From Octopus vulgaris (Eukaryota), in assembly GCA_951406725.2 (NCBI GenBank), contig OX597842.1, positions 18,972,001-19,036,000 of the forward strand: a stretch of DNA of 64,000 nucleotides, written 5' to 3'. Both the position numbers and the translations under genes were made by a program. This document shows, piece after piece, positions 13,362 through 27,832 of the stretch (positions are counted from its first letter, which is position 1; every line of letters begins with the position of its first letter). The notes beneath the pieces were generated by a model. It was not told the origin of the DNA. It saw only the letters and a list, made by a program, of their open reading frames with translations, and ran no database searches.

Positions 13362-14180
13362 CTAAATGCAAAAGAAATAGACAAAGAAAAATCCCAGCAA
13401 TGGTTGAGAAGCTCAGGACTAAAAGCAGAGACAGAGAGATTTTTAATTGCAGCACAAGACCAAAGCCTCCCCACCAGAAATTACCAAAAACATGTAATGA
13501 AAAGAAATATAACAAGTAACTGCAGAATATGTGGAGATGGACAAGAAACAATAAATCATATTATCTCTGGCTGCCCAGTCCTGGCTAAGAAGGAATATAT
13601 TCACAGACATGACAGAGTTGGAACCTACATACACTGGAAGCTATGCCAACATTGTGGAATAACAACAGAAAAAAGATGGTATAGGCACACACAAGAAAAG
13701 GTCACAGAAAACGAGAAAGCAACCATACTCTGGGATATGCCGATACACACAGATAGAGAAATTAAGGCCAACAGACCAGATATAGTTGTCAGAGATCATG
13801 AAGGAAAAAAACGCTTTCTAATTGATGTATCAATACCGGCAGATGACAACGTGTCTCTAAAAGAAATGGAGAAACTTTCAAAATACAAAGACCTGGAAAT
13901 AGAGATAACCGGAATGTGGAATCTAAAAACAGAAACAATTCCTATCATAGTAGGTGCATTAGGCATGATAAAACAATATTCAGACAAATACATAACAAAA
14001 ACACCAGGACTTACAAACACATATAACATACAGAAAATTGCACTACTAGGCACTGCACACATCCTACGCAGAACACTTTCCATACAATAACTATCAGAGC
14101 ATCACAACAAATCACAGCAAGGCGCACAGAGCTGCGCTCGGTAGTGAAGTGAAAGCACGCTATAAAAATAAAACTACTGA
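13359..14180 (+). mobile_element. 5'-truncated R4/Dong-like non-LTR retrotransposon (CCHC finger + restriction-like endonuclease) inserted in (TAA)n
   Basis: ORF 13404-14090 contains CRICGDGQETINHIISGC (CCHC), RHD, RPDIVV...LIDVSIP and EKLSKY. (TAA)n on both sides (13308-13357; 14183-14256). Confidence 0.9.
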
Positions 14181-14183
14181 ATG

Positions 14184-14256
<73 letters not shown>

Positions 14257-14259
<3 letters not shown>

Positions 14260-14566
14260 AACAATAGATAAATAAACACTTTAAAGTAGAAAATAGCTCG
14301 GTTATGGAAAATGAAGAAGGTGAAGGCAGTGTCAATTAATTTTGGCTGATTGGAGACAGAATCAGCAGACATCAAAAGGAATAGAAAGGAAATTGGAATA
14401 GATTGCCCAGTAGAACTGTTACGAAAGGTTTGCCTCCATGCCTCGGCTAAAATATTTGGGAAAGAATTAGACAGTTGAAAAGAATGAATAGCGTGGTACC
14501 GTAGGCTGCAGGTAGCAAGATCGCTACACAAGCAAGAATCCAGGAGGGTCAACACAACCTGATAGA
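14257..14566 (+). mobile_element. Degenerate R4/Dong-like 3' fragment between TAA tracts
   Basis: Broken reading IARLWKMKKVKAVSINFG...IGIDCPVELLRKVCLHASAKIFGKELDS*, similar to the RLE C-terminus. Confidence 0.65.
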
Positions 14567-14674
14567 ATGATAATAATAATAATAACAGCAACAACAACAA
14601 CAACAATAATATTAATAATGATAATAATAATGATAATAATAATAATAATATTAATAATAATAATAATAATAATG

Positions 14675-14720
<46 letters not shown>

Positions 14721-14905
14721 TAATGATAATAATAATAATAATAGTAATAATGATAATGATAATAATAATAATAATTATGATGATGACGATAATAATAATA
14801 ATAATAATGATAATAATAATGATAATAATAATAATAATAATAATAATAATAGTAATAATGATAATGATAATAATAATAATAATTATGATGATGATGATAA
14901 TAATG

Positions 14906-15002
<97 letters not shown>
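14567..15002. repeat. (AAT)n/(GAT)n microsatellite
   Basis: Direct reading. Confidence 0.95.
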
Positions 15003-15003
<1 letters not shown>

Positions 15004-15302
15004 TGCTTTCTACTGGAGGTACAAGGCCTTGCAATTTTAGTTGACTTTCTCCTCCTGATGATTTTGCTTTCATTTTGAGATTGACAGCTATAATGCAGAA
15101 AATACCAGTTTCAAAACCTGTTTTCTTGATTTGGTAAAATTGATTAAACTTTAAACCTCAAGTAACATTTTTCTGCAATTTATTCCTAGAACAAATAAAT
15201 GGCAAAATCGAATTTAATGTGGAAAATTATTTCAGTATGCCAAATATTAAAATCTAACAATATGTGACAACATGGAAGGCCCTTCAAGAGTAGAAAGACA
15301 CA

Positions 15303-15480
15303 CAGTTATAAGACGTGTCATACAGTTATAAGACATAAGTTATAAGTAGAAAGACACACAGTTATAAGACGTGTCATACAGTTATAAGACAAGTCATACA
15401 GTTATAAGATGTGTCATACAGTTATAAGACGTGTCATACAGTTATAAGACGTGTCATACAGTTATAAGACGTGTCATACA
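15303..15480. repeat. 20-bp minisatellite (cagttataagacgtgtcata)
   Basis: About 8 imperfect copies. Confidence 0.85.
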
Positions 15481-15867
15481 CACTCAGACACAGACATATA
15501 TTTACGAACGTATAATCGGTAATCACAGCTCAAAATGGTGTATTGTAGACATATGTATATATGTGTGTGTGTGTGTGTGTATCTGTGTGTGTATCTTTGT
15601 ATGTGTTTCTGTGTGTGTGGTTTTTGCAATGGACATAAGGAAAGGTTATATATATATATATCTATGTTTGTTTCTCTCTCATCACATCGTCTAAATATGT
15701 CTTACAAGTATCATAGCACTTGTAAACAATTACTTAAATATGTAGCTACCACTTGACAAGTTCCGTTTTAAACAGTAATATATGAGCGATTGTTCCGGGA
15801 ATAAAGTACTTGACAAGAAATCCTCTTGGAAAACAGTAAATAGATAAGTAGACATTTAATATACATA

Positions 15868-16650
15868 AGGAGCACTCCGTCGGTTACGACGACGAGGGTC
15901 CCAGCTGTTATATATATATCGCGGGATCACGGGACCGACCAGACCATCAGATGTTGTTACACATCGCTGGTCACAATGCGTTCGCATTGTTTTAGCCTTC
16001 AAATGACGCCACCCCGCTGGTTAAGCGAGCAGGCCAACAGAAGAAAGAGTGGGAGAAAGATTGGTGAAAGAGTACAGCAGGGATCACGACCCCCTGCCGG
16101 AGCTTCGTGGAGCTTTTAGGTGTTTTCGCTCAATAAACACTCACAACGCCCGGTCTGGGAATCGAAACCGCGATCCTGCGACCGCGAGTCCGCTGCCCTA
16201 ACAACTAGGTCATTGCTCCTCCACATATATATATAGGAGTGGTTGTGTGGTAAGTAGCTTGCTAACCAACCACATGGTTCCGGGTTCAGTCCCACTGCGT
16301 GGCATCTTGGGCAAGTGTCTTCTGCTATAGCCCCGGGCCGACCAATGCCTTGTGAGTGGATTTGGTTGACGGAAACTGAAAGAAGCCTGTCGTATATATG
16401 TATATATATATGTATATATGTGTATGTGTGTGTGTTTGTGTGTGTGTGTTTGTCCCCCTAGCATTGCTTGACAACCGATGCTGGTGTGTTTACGTCCCCG
16501 TCACTTAGCGGTTCGGCAAAAGAGACCGATAGAATAAGTACTGGGTTTACAAAGAATAAGTCCCGGGGTCGATTTGCTCGACTAGAAGTTGGTGCTCCAG
16601 CATGGCCGCAGTCAAATGACTGAAACAAGTAAAAGAGTAAAAGAGTAAAA

Positions 16651-16652
<2 letters not shown>
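15868..16652. mobile_element. SINE family B variant (-, ~15868-16222) head-to-head with SINE family A (+, ~16236-16652)
   Basis: Matches to the other copies. Confidence 0.85.
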
Positions 16653-16681
<29 letters not shown>

Positions 16682-16685
<4 letters not shown>

Positions 16686-17042
16686 AGATTCGTAATATCT
16701 GTATTTTTTTACGTAGATAGTAAAAAAAAAATTCGAAATAAATTACGAATTAATAAATTGCGATGGGGATAGGAGGAAATAAAAAAATTGAAAACCTGAT
16801 TTCTGGAAAAAATCGTATTAACCCCCTTTTATACGATGAAACAATGCATAGTTTCTGATCCTTCTTAGGAATAGAAGGCACTTTTATGCAAATTGTACCC
16901 TCGCCCTTCAGTATTAAACAAACAATAACTTTCATTATTCCATTAACTATATATCAGCTGTGCCGATTCTGCCCATAAGAATCAAATAATACAATTTACT
17001 TGTAGGGCATAACACTCGGGCAACGCCGGGATGCATTACTAG
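16682..17042 (+). mobile_element. Non-autonomous Helitron-like element
   Basis: Starts a|TC after (TA)n. 3' hairpin ctcgggcaacgccggg (17015-17030) lies 8 nt before CTAG|t. A similar 3' motif occurs at ~10161-10183. Confidence 0.55.
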
Positions 17043-18895
17043 TATGTATGCATGTATGTATATACATATAGGTACATACACACACACACGCACACACATT
17101 CACATACGCATATAAATATATATCTGTGTGTGTATGTACGTATTCATGTATATATATCTATGAGTATGCATATCATTTTTCAGGTATCTCTTAGCTGCTT
17201 GGCGTAGTAATGAATAAATTACAAATTACTGTCGGAATATACAGATAGAGAGACTGGCAAACAGATATCTTTCTATTTATCTGTCTGTCTGTATGTCTCA
17301 GTCCAAATGTATGTTTGCTAGGCAGATAAATAGATTTCAAAAATGGTATAAATGAACAAGAGTAGATTAGATAATTAGCAAAAATTTGTGCAGAAGAAAA
17401 TAAAAATAAAATGAAATACTTGATGCGGTGAATAAATAGATAAAATTCTAAGAAAACTCATAAAGAGTAGCTTTATTGTTTGACAGGCTTCACAGTCAGT
17501 GTAAGAGAGATGAATTGCTAAATATTAAGTAAATGATAACAACCCATTCTACGGAGTAGTGTGAAGTTGTAACCTCTGAGAGCTCTAGAAGATACAACAA
17601 GCTAAAGATTTCTTTTAATGTAACGTTAAACTTTTCTTGTCTGAAATCTAGTAAAATGTTATAATTTCAAATATTCAGTCACATGTGATTAACCAATATG
17701 CATGGCACTAACAGAAATACACCTGAACTGTCGCATGTCAGATGAGCAGACCACATACTAAAGTCTTGTATTTCGAAACGACAGAATACTCACACACACT
17801 CACACACTCACACACACACACAAACACACGCACGAAAACAAAAGAGGGACCAGTAGTTGGAAAGGTATTACATCATTTGTAACATTGTTATATAAGTTTT
17901 GTTCAGATTTATATCTATCTTGTATGAACCTTTATTCCTATCTTTTCCTTTTTTGCCAAATTTTATACTCAAAATTATATAACAGCCTCATATAAAATGT
18001 GATAGTTTTGCTAACAAAAAAACCGTCCATTCATTGTTATAGAAAGCTTTCATGAGCTGGAATTGAATGTTGCTTCGAGCCAATTCTTGTTTGCATTGAT
18101 TCCTTTTTCCTTCCTTCAACGTTCAAGTTAAGATAATTTTAGTCCGTTTTGTGTACTTATTACTGTACCTGCTGTGCACATTGTTTTGTCGTGTTCTAGA
18201 CTATTACATACATACACACACACATACACATATACATGCACAAACATGCCGGGATTCATTCAGTTTACCGTTGAATGTACGACTGGGTGGACAAACGAAA
18301 GAAATCCATTTAATAGGATATAACCAGAATGAAAAATGCGGGGGCAGAATGCTAGAATGTTCTTAAGTTGAAGCGTGTAATTAAGCCTGGAAATGTATAA
18401 GACAAGATGAAAAAACAAAACTTAAAATTCTGCCGAAGTTAGAATTTGTTAATAAATCTCTGAAATTGTTCATTAAATAGTGCCTGATTAAATTTGTTGC
18501 TTTAAATTGCAAATTAAAAAGACATTATTAAATCAATAATATAAAACATTATTGATTTAAAAACTTCTTCGTATTAAACTAGAATGTTTCTGACATTATT
18601 ATTGTTTTAAACTTATGTTAACTCAAAATAAACTTATGTTGAATAAATGTAACTCGAAATAGTTTTTGAAAAAACTGGAACTTTTTTTACGAGCAAAGAA
18701 TTCATTTCTTTATAGTTTGCATTTAATCGGGGTCGATTAAATAAGTACCAGTTAAGCACTGGGGTCAACTAAATCCGTTTGTCTGTCTTTGTTTGTCCTC
18801 TCTGTGTTTAGCCCGTCGTGGGTAGTAAAGAAATTGGTATTTCGTCTGTCTTCTACCGGGGTCGATTTGCCTTTCGTCCATTTTGGGGTCGATTA

Positions 18896-18960
<65 letters not shown>

Positions 18961-18968
18961 TAATAATA

Positions 18969-19457
18969 AAAGCCAATAAACCGGATATCCTTATAAAAGA
19001 TCAGACAAAAAGGATATGTTTATTAATTGACATGAGTATTCCCTGTATAGCGGCGAAAGAATTTGACAAGATTAGTAAGTATTATACTGCAAATGGAAAT
19101 TGAAAAAATGTGGCATCTCAAGACGACTACAGTACCAGTAGGATCTCTAGTAGGATCTCTAGGAATGATAAAAAAAGGTACTGAAACCTATTTGAAAATG
19201 ATTCCAGGCTTACCATCCCTACAGGAAGTGCAAAAAATCGTATTAACTGGAACGGCTCATGTTATGAGAAGAGCACTATCGTTGTGAAAATAACATCCAT
19301 CCATGAATGTATTTATTTATTAATTTTTAAATACATATTTTATCTGTGAATTTGCGCGTGTAATCTGGGAATGCATACAATGCCCTTCTCTGCCCTAGGT
19401 GTATGGAAAACACTCGGCGAGAAACGGAAGAAAATTTGAAGATAGAAGGAAAAAACA
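18969..19457 (+). mobile_element. R4/Dong-like 3' fragment in (TAA)n
   Basis: KANKPDILIKDQTKRICLLIDMSIP...EIEKMWHLKTTTVPV...LGMI...VQKIVLTGTAHVMRRALSL*; TAA tracts on both sides. Confidence 0.85.
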
Positions 19458-19474
19458 TAATAATAATAATAATG

Positions 19475-19900
19475 AAATTATTGTATACAGTGCTCAGGTG
19501 TACCACAACTTGTCAAAAGTGCGTATAAAGTGCATATATGCAGTAGTGTAAAAATATCTGGAAAGTGAACAGTGTATGAGTCAGATACATGCTTGTGTGT
19601 GTATGGAGAGGAGAAAATCAGGTGTAGTGTTGGCGAATCTCGGGAAGCATGGAAGTTTTGAAGGATGCAGTACACTAACAACTGATGCCGGCAGTGTGTT
19701 CCATGCTTCAGCAACTCTTAGTGTGAAAAAATGTTTCCGAAAGTCATGGAAGGAGCTGTGCTGTTTTCTGACTTTGTAAACATGCCCACGGGTGTTAGAC
19801 AGGTGGAGTTTGAAAAGGTGCGCAGAGTTATTGTTTGAAGATGAAGATGGTTAATAATTTATGGGTGTCTGCCAAGTCAGCTGCCAGACGTCGGAGTTTC
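19475..19900 (-). mobile_element. CR1/L2-like LINE 3' end
   Basis: Minus-strand reading FRKHFFTLRVAEAWNTLPASVV, a typical CR1-group ORF2 C-terminus. Confidence 0.7.
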
Positions 19901-19912
19901 AACGTATCCATG

Positions 19913-19963
<51 letters not shown>

Positions 19964-19980
19964 GTTATATATATATATAT

Positions 19981-20189
19981 CTTTTTTTACTCTTTACTTG
20001 TTTCAGTCATTTGACTGTGGCCATGCTGGAGCACCGCCTTTTGTCGAGCAAATCAACCCCAGGACTTATTCTTTGTAAGCCTAGTACTTATTCTATCGGT
20101 CTCTTTTGTCGAACTGCTAAATTACGGGGACGTAAACAAACCAGCATCAGTTGTCAAGCGATGTTGGGGGGACAAACACAGACACACAA

Positions 20190-20230
<41 letters not shown>

Positions 20231-20357
20231 CATATATACGGCGTCTACCAAATCCACTGACAGGGCTTTGTTCGGCCCGAAGCTATAGTAGAAGACACTT
20301 GCCCGGGACCATGTGGTTGGTAAGCAAGTTACTTACCACACAGCCACTCCTACGCCC
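19981..20357 (-). mobile_element. SINE family A with internal deletions
   Basis: Matches family A. Confidence 0.8.
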
Positions 20358-20434
<77 letters not shown>

Positions 20435-20704
20435 CACTCGCACACATGCACACTAAAACACACGCACTCTCACACACGGATGCACATATGCCTCCACATA
20501 CAACACTCCATACACGCAACACACACATCATAAGTGAGATAGATACACAGTGATACACACACACACACACACACACACAAGCACACAGACGCTCAAACGT
20601 AGGTACGCACACCCATTCACACACCCCTCCCAACAGCCGCTAACTTACTTTAAGTCATCCACAAAATGTGTAATTTTGGTATTTCTTTTTCCTTGTGAAG
20701 CCGT

Positions 20705-21201
20705 TTGTATGTATGTATGTATGTATGTATGTATGTATGTATGTATATGTATGTGTGCGTATGTAAGTCTATATATGTATGCATGTATGTGTGTATGCAT
20801 GTATATATGTATGTATGTATGCATGTATATATGTATGTATGTATGTATATGTAGGTGTGCGTATGAAAGTCTATGTATTTACGCATGTATGTGTGTATGC
20901 ATGTATGTTTGTATGTATGTATGCATGTATATATGTATGTATGTATGTGTGTATGTATGTATGTGTGTATGCACATGCATGTATGTATGTATGTATGTAT
21001 GTATGTATGTATGTATGTATGTAGGTAGGTATGTATGTATGTATGTATGTATGTATGTATGCATGTATGTATGTATGTATGTATGTATGTACGCATGCAT
21101 GTATGTATGTATGTATGTACGCATGCATGTATGTAAGTATGTGTGAATGTATGTATGTGTGTATGTATGTATGTATGTACGTATGTATGTATGTATGTAT
21201 G

Positions 21202-21235
<34 letters not shown>

Positions 21236-21510
21236 TGCATGTATATATGTTTGCATGCATGTATGTATGTATGTATGTATGTATGTACGTATGCATGTAT
21301 GTGTGTATGTATGTATGCATGTATATATGTTTGCATGCATGTATGTATGTATGTGTGTATGCACATGCATGCATGTATGTATGTATGTATGTATGTGTGT
21401 ATGCATATGCATGTATGTATGTATGTGTGTATGCACATGCATGTATGTATGTATATATGTATGTATGTATGTATGTATGTGTGTATGCATATGCATGTAT
21501 GTATATATGT
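20705..21510. repeat. Degenerate (ATGT)n microsatellite
   Basis: Direct reading. Confidence 0.95.
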
Positions 21511-23139
21511 AAAAGCATTATGGAGATTCTTCTGATCATTTATTGATCTCTTGTGATGTGAATTCCAGTAACATTCATTTCTACTCTCAAGTTTTGTCAA
21601 TATTTAAATATCTAAATGTTATGATCTAACCAGATACAAATTGTTTGCCTGTTTCTGCCTTTACTTTATTACATAAGAACGCTTATAACGATAGAGAGAT
21701 AGATTAAAGAGACAGATAGACAGAAAGAAGTCGTTGTATCCAGTTCAAATCCCATTGGGTCTCTTTCTGCGAATGACCTATCAATGACCATTTGCCATTA
21801 AAGTCGTGCGTGTGCGCGCACACACACTCGTGTATTGCTGTTCCTAAACTTCATTATTCAATTCAGCATCGAAGCCTTCAGTCTGATTTTACGGGAGAAC
21901 AAGTAAGTACATTACATATAAATTCCAGTTTGAATTTAGATTTGATTGTAAAATTACATCTCGCATTTACCTAATTCATGGTTTTCTTCGGGTTTGAAAT
22001 TATTATATACATGTTCAAATTTATGTTTTTTATTAAAGTGAATCTTTATCTTTTCTTAATTTTTCTTTCTCTACTTTACGTCATTTTCTACTAATCCAGT
22101 TTTCAAACATTTGAAATTACTAAGTTAAAAACTAAAAAACCACGCATCCGAATTTCTAATTTTTACGTAACGTTCGTAACTTTCAAACGCTTAAAATTAC
22201 TTTACTGGAAACTGAAAAACTACTTATCAAAAATTCTATCTTTAACGTAATGTTTATAACGCTTTAAAATTTCAGTTTCTTTTTTCTATGATTTTATTTA
22301 TATTAAATACCATTTTTATTGGTGGTGGTTGGTATTTGTATGTGTCTCTGTGCATTGTTCTGCCTTGGAGCGTACAAACTGCTATGAAAACCGCTTTTCG
22401 TTATTTATTTCATCTTACTTTATTCAATTCTTGTGGAACTTCCACAGCTGCCTTCAATGCTATAACATTGAGCAATGATTGGCAATCCTGATTTCTTATT
22501 TTCTCCATTGCTACCTTAATAAACCGACTATATGATGCTGCTCAACACTAAAATGAAATCTATAATAATAACCTGTGTGTAGGCATTAAAATTTTAGTTT
22601 TCTGTAATTCAGGGAATCTAAGTTATTTTTCTACATTCACTATTTTTGTTAGTCTTATTTTCATTGATATTTTACTTAATGTGTTTCTAAATCAAAAGAT
22701 CGCCTTAATTTTCAGAAACAATTTTTTACACTTTTTCTTACATTATTTTTCTAATATTTTCTAATATTTTTCTATGTTTTAGAAGTTCTTGTTCATTTAA
22801 ATGTATTTGAACTGCTTCTGTCATTAATTTTGTTATTTTCGTGTTGTTTAAAATGAAATATATATTTGTCTGATGTTATTGTTTGGCAAACTATTTTCAT
22901 TTTCGGAAAACATTTCTCTGATGATAGAGATTTAAAACCTATCATTGTTGCTGGCGATATTCTCAAATTATAGGTTTCGCTTTCGCTAATCCTGTATTAT
23001 AGGTTCTCGTTGACGATAAATTTTCGATTCTCTCTATCGAAAAATATTTACATTATTTACATTTGATGGATATGTGTCCTCACTATACTTGTTCCACGTC
23101 CTCGCGTTGTGTTTTCTCTTTGTTCGCGTTTGGATTAAC

Positions 23140-23200
<61 letters not shown>

Positions 23201-23349
23201 ATGTATATATGTATATGTATATATATATACATACACACACACATATATATATATAAATATATATTCACATATATATGTATTTCTCCATGTAAAATACAGA
23301 CAAAATAGTTTTTGAATTTTAACCGGTCTGCGAAACTTGTGACATAAAT

Positions 23350-23710
23350 ATCGCGGATTTTAGCGACGAAAATATTTTGACAAATTAAACTTAAATGTTG
23401 GAGTGAATCGAACGGCTTTTGTGTGTTTCTTAAATGGCTTATAAACACCTCCCACGCTGCAATTGTTTTCGTTTCAGCACACGATCTCAGATCAAATTAC
23501 TTGCTATGCGAGTACATCTCCGTAATTCCGAAAGCTTGAGCCAGGCTACCAAAACTCTGAGGACAGCCGTTACTTGTTGCTTGAGAAGAATAACAGCTAA
23601 GCAACAGCTTCATTTCATTAGACACTGCATCTCACTGAAGGTTTACCCGAAAAGGATTTACAATACAGTCGAAGCACTGAACCTGAAGAAGGGACAAGCG
23701 TCGAGACTAA
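23350..23710 (+). mobile_element. Penelope-like element 5' end (pLTR plus start of ORF); related pieces at ~27176-27300 and ~51588-51932
   Basis: MRVHLRNSESLSQATKTLRTAVTCCLRRITAKQQLHFIRHCISLKVYPKRI resembles the PLE N-terminal HF..C....V.PK motif. Preceded by a hammerhead-like 3' half; flanked by (TA)n. Confidence 0.55.
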
Positions 23711-24034
23711 TTATATATATATATATATATATATATGTTTAATTGGATAAGCGTGTATATGTGCGCGTGTAAACGCGACTATATGATTGCTTGTGCCTGT
23801 AAAAAATGCATAAGTAGGTTTATATTTTCATCTATGTATCTAAGAGTGTGTATCCATTCACCGTTACACGGTAGCGAGAGGGACATGTACATATATATAT
23901 ATATATGTCCCTCTCAACACCCCACAAGCGGTGTAACGGTGTATGGATACAATTTCTTAGATGCATAGATGATAACAATTGTAAAACCTACTTATAAACG
24001 TGTGAACGTATGTTTATGTACAGATATGTACATA

Positions 24035-25304
24035 CGCGGGGCGTTCAATAAGTAATGCCCCTGACCCACTTCCCATAGCAGTAGAGCAACGACACTTGGC
24101 ACAGTTATTAGTCTTTTACTACATAGGAACCACCCAGAGTTACGCATTTCTCCCATCGTTTGATGCGGCTCTGGAGACCGTTTTTGTAGAAGACCCCAGC
24201 TTGGTCCTCCAACCACGACGTGACTTCAGAAATCAAGGCTGCATCATCTGGGAAACGCTTTCCTTCCCAAAACAACTTCATGATTGGGAAGAGGTGAAAA
24301 TCAGAGGGTGCAAGGTCAGGAAAGTAGGGGATGGGGAGGAGTTCATAGCCATACGCCTGTGCTTCTGATCTGGCGACAAGCGTTTGTGGACCGGAGCGTT
24401 GTCCTGCAGGAGGCGGATGCTTTTGCTGATCTTGCCCCGCCTCTTGATTTTGATAACTTCTCTTAATTTCCTCAAAAGTGAAGCATAATAGGCTCCTGAA
24501 ATTGTGGTACCCTTTGCCAGGAAATCTGTCATCACTACTCCGTCCTGGTCCCAGAAGACTCTGAGCATGACCTTGCCAGCGGAGGGCTGCACCCTTGCCT
24601 TCTTTGGAGGGGGTGAGTCACGGTGCTTCCACTGCATTGACTGGGCTTTGGTCTCTGGATCATCGTGGTGGACCCAGGTTTCATCCTGTGTAATCAGTCT
24701 TTTGAAAATTTTGACTCATCTTCTTGGCACATCTCCAAATTCACCCTCGAGCACTCGACGCGTTCTTGCTTCTGGAAAGGCGTGAGCAACCTGGGAATCC
24801 ATCTGGCAGACACCTTTTGCATATGCAAATGGTCATGAATGATAGTTTCCACAGACCCGGTACTAATCTTGACCTCATGGGCTATTCGGCGAATAATTAT
24901 GCGTCGATCTTCCAAAATGGCAGCCTCAACTTGACGGACAGATGCCTCATCAATGGCGGAAGGGGACGACCAGATCTGGGAGCTGTTTCCACAGAGTTCC
25001 GACCATGTTTGAATTCACGATGCCAGCGTTTTACAAGGTCATATGATGGGGCATCATCACCATAAGTGACTTTTATTTCATCAAAAGTCTCCCGTGGTGT
25101 GTGTCCTTTCAAATACAAAAACCGGATCACTGCTCGACACTCAACAGGCTCCATTTCACACTTGACTCAGTTCAAACACCTGTAAATCAGAAACCACAAT
25201 TAATTCATAGCTCTATAGAGATATAAATGATTGCACATGCAAAATTTCAGCTAGATCAAATAACTGCAAGTGGGTCAGAGACATTACTTATTGAACGTCC
25301 CTCG
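24035..25304 (-). mobile_element. Full-length (1270 bp) mariner DNA transposon, transposase frameshifted
   Basis: TIRs cgcggggcgttcaataagtaatgcccctgacccact and agtgggtcagagacattacttattgaacgtccctcg, with TA on both sides. ORF pieces MEPVECRAVIRFL..., RWIPRLL, ITQDETWVHH, KVMLRVFWD and LLQDNAPVH. Confidence 0.95.
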
Positions 25305-25664
25305 TACACTTGTGTTGTATACACACAGAAAACCTTCGACAGAGTAAGAGTCATATATACAACTTATGTGTATATACAACATATATGTATGTACATATCA
25401 GTACATGAACATACATTCACATGTTCATGTACATACATATACACAGAAACGTCTGTACACATACTTACAAACGTCTACAACACTTACATACATACATAAC
25501 TACATAAATACATATGAACATACATATATGGATAGGCATGTACACATATACATACGCTCATCCTTACGTGCACACATACACACACATACACACACATACA
25601 TACATATATACATGCATACATACATACATACATACATAAATACATACATACATACATGTATGCA

Positions 25665-27120
25665 TACTAAAGAATATTACAGCCAAATAAAGAAAATTTG
25701 GACCTCAGAACTCTCTGAATTCAATAAAACAGTGGCCCACTAAGTGTTTGCAGTGCCAGTACTCTTATCAGCATTTCGGCCGCTTGATTGGACGCTTAAT
25801 AAGATCCGAGCCATTGATGTGAAAACCCAAAAGATCCTAACAAGCACACATAATTTTCACATAAACTTTGACATAGCCCTCCCTTACCTAGAACGAAAGC
25901 AAAGCGGCAGAAGCTTAACGTCGATCCGAAATGTCTTTGAATGTCGCATCATATCTCTTGTGTAACATCTTTTAACCACCGAGTGTCAAAGTGCATCTCT
26001 TGGCCAAATGTGCATAGATGAGGCTGATAACATCATAAGACTTGGAAGGCAGCTCCTTGAGCCACACTCTGTCTGATAACCTAGAATACATGGCCAAAGA
26101 TGTCACACGAGTCTATCGCAACTTATCATCAGATGAAAGGATGAGCCAATATGAGCAGCAGAATATGCATCGATATGTTAGTAGAAAGTTAACATCGGTC
26201 ATCAAAATTGTTTATCATGTACCAACAGCCGGATTACTATCTCCCACTTTGAAGAGTATGCATTTGCAATCCAGGAACAGTAAATATCAACCAAGAACCC
26301 GATGCACAAAAGCGATAGATATGTGGGAAAAGCCGTAAAATATGACAACGGTTGCAGAATTTGTTGATTTCACACTGAGGATATCACCCACATTAAAAGC
26401 ACTTGTCCGAAAATGTCATCTACCGATGAGACATGACATTGTAGGTAAGACACGATGTAATCTACTCCATCTGAAGGATAATCCGGAAGACAAAGAAATA
26501 AACCGTCCAATATAGTAGAAGCCACAGCCTCTCAAAATGAAAAGGAACGTACCAGTGAAAATCTCAATAAAATGTAAGCTCGGCAGACCTCATATAATGA
26601 TTTGGGATAGAAAAGAGAAACTGTGCACAGTTGTGGAAATTAGCTGCCCAGCAGATGTTAACGTACAACGGAAGATTAGGGAAAAAGAGAGCACCTATGC
26701 TGAACTATTGCGAAATCTACAGTTACTCTGTCCAGAATACAAGTTCACGTTTATGCATGTAATTATTGGGGCCATGTGATACACTGCCTAAATACCAATC
26801 TTGAAACATTGGTCTTCTCGAAACCAGAAAGGATACAGCTAATTCGAAAGCTACAGAGATCCAATCCCTCACTGGAATTATAAATATCTGTAAAACTTTC
26901 TAGAAGCTTATCATCTAAATATATATGATCATGTCTAGATATGTAGCTCTATGCATTAGATTACGTACATAAAACATACAAATCTGCACATACATACTTA
27001 TATACATACAAGCAAAAATACCCTGTTGTTGACTTTGAAGTTCCAATGAAGGAACATTCGATTTAGGTTAGAAACCGGTTCTTTCTCTATTTGCAAGAAA
27101 TCTTGAAATGAACTGATTGA
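25665..27120 (+). mobile_element. Degenerate R4-clade-like LINE (RT C-terminus + RLE) following (CATA)n
   Basis: IKKIWTSELSEFNK..FAVPVL..LDWT..IDVKTQKILT..YLERKQSGRSL, CRIC-like finger, RHD, RPHIMIWD..VVEISCPAD..EKESTY; many stops and frameshifts. Confidence 0.8.
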
Positions 27121-27318
27121 TGACTTACATATATATCATGAGTTAACTGTTACTTTCTTTGATGCAGCACGGGGTTTTATCAGTGAACAGCTCCCGGTTT
27201 CAAAGCGACGAAAATATTTTTGCAAATTAAATTTAAATGTTGAAGTGAATCTAACGGTGTGTTTTTCTATGGATTATAAACACTTTCATGATGCAATTGT
27301 GTACAGACATATATATAT

Positions 27319-27391
<73 letters not shown>

Positions 27392-27408
27392 GAGATAGAT
27401 AGATAGAA

Positions 27409-27511
<103 letters not shown>

Positions 27512-27832
27512 CAGATATATTGTTACGGAGGCAAGAAAAAGTAAACGAACAGAAACATTATGCCCCTTGTTCCATTAGTTGGAACCGAACCGGCGCTCCA
27601 GTTGTTCAGGACAATGGTATTTCCGTTGTCCTGTCAAAGACCACGATTATTAATGATCCAAGGTATTGAAATATGGTCCCAACACGGTCACGGAAAGTTT
27701 TTAAAAATAAAATTCTACCCGTTATATATACGAGTGGCGTATATATACCAGAAACCGTGAGCGGAGCGGACAAGACAGTGAGTTGGAGATGGTGGAGACA
27801 AAGATGGTGGAGACAAAGATGACAGGCGTGGT

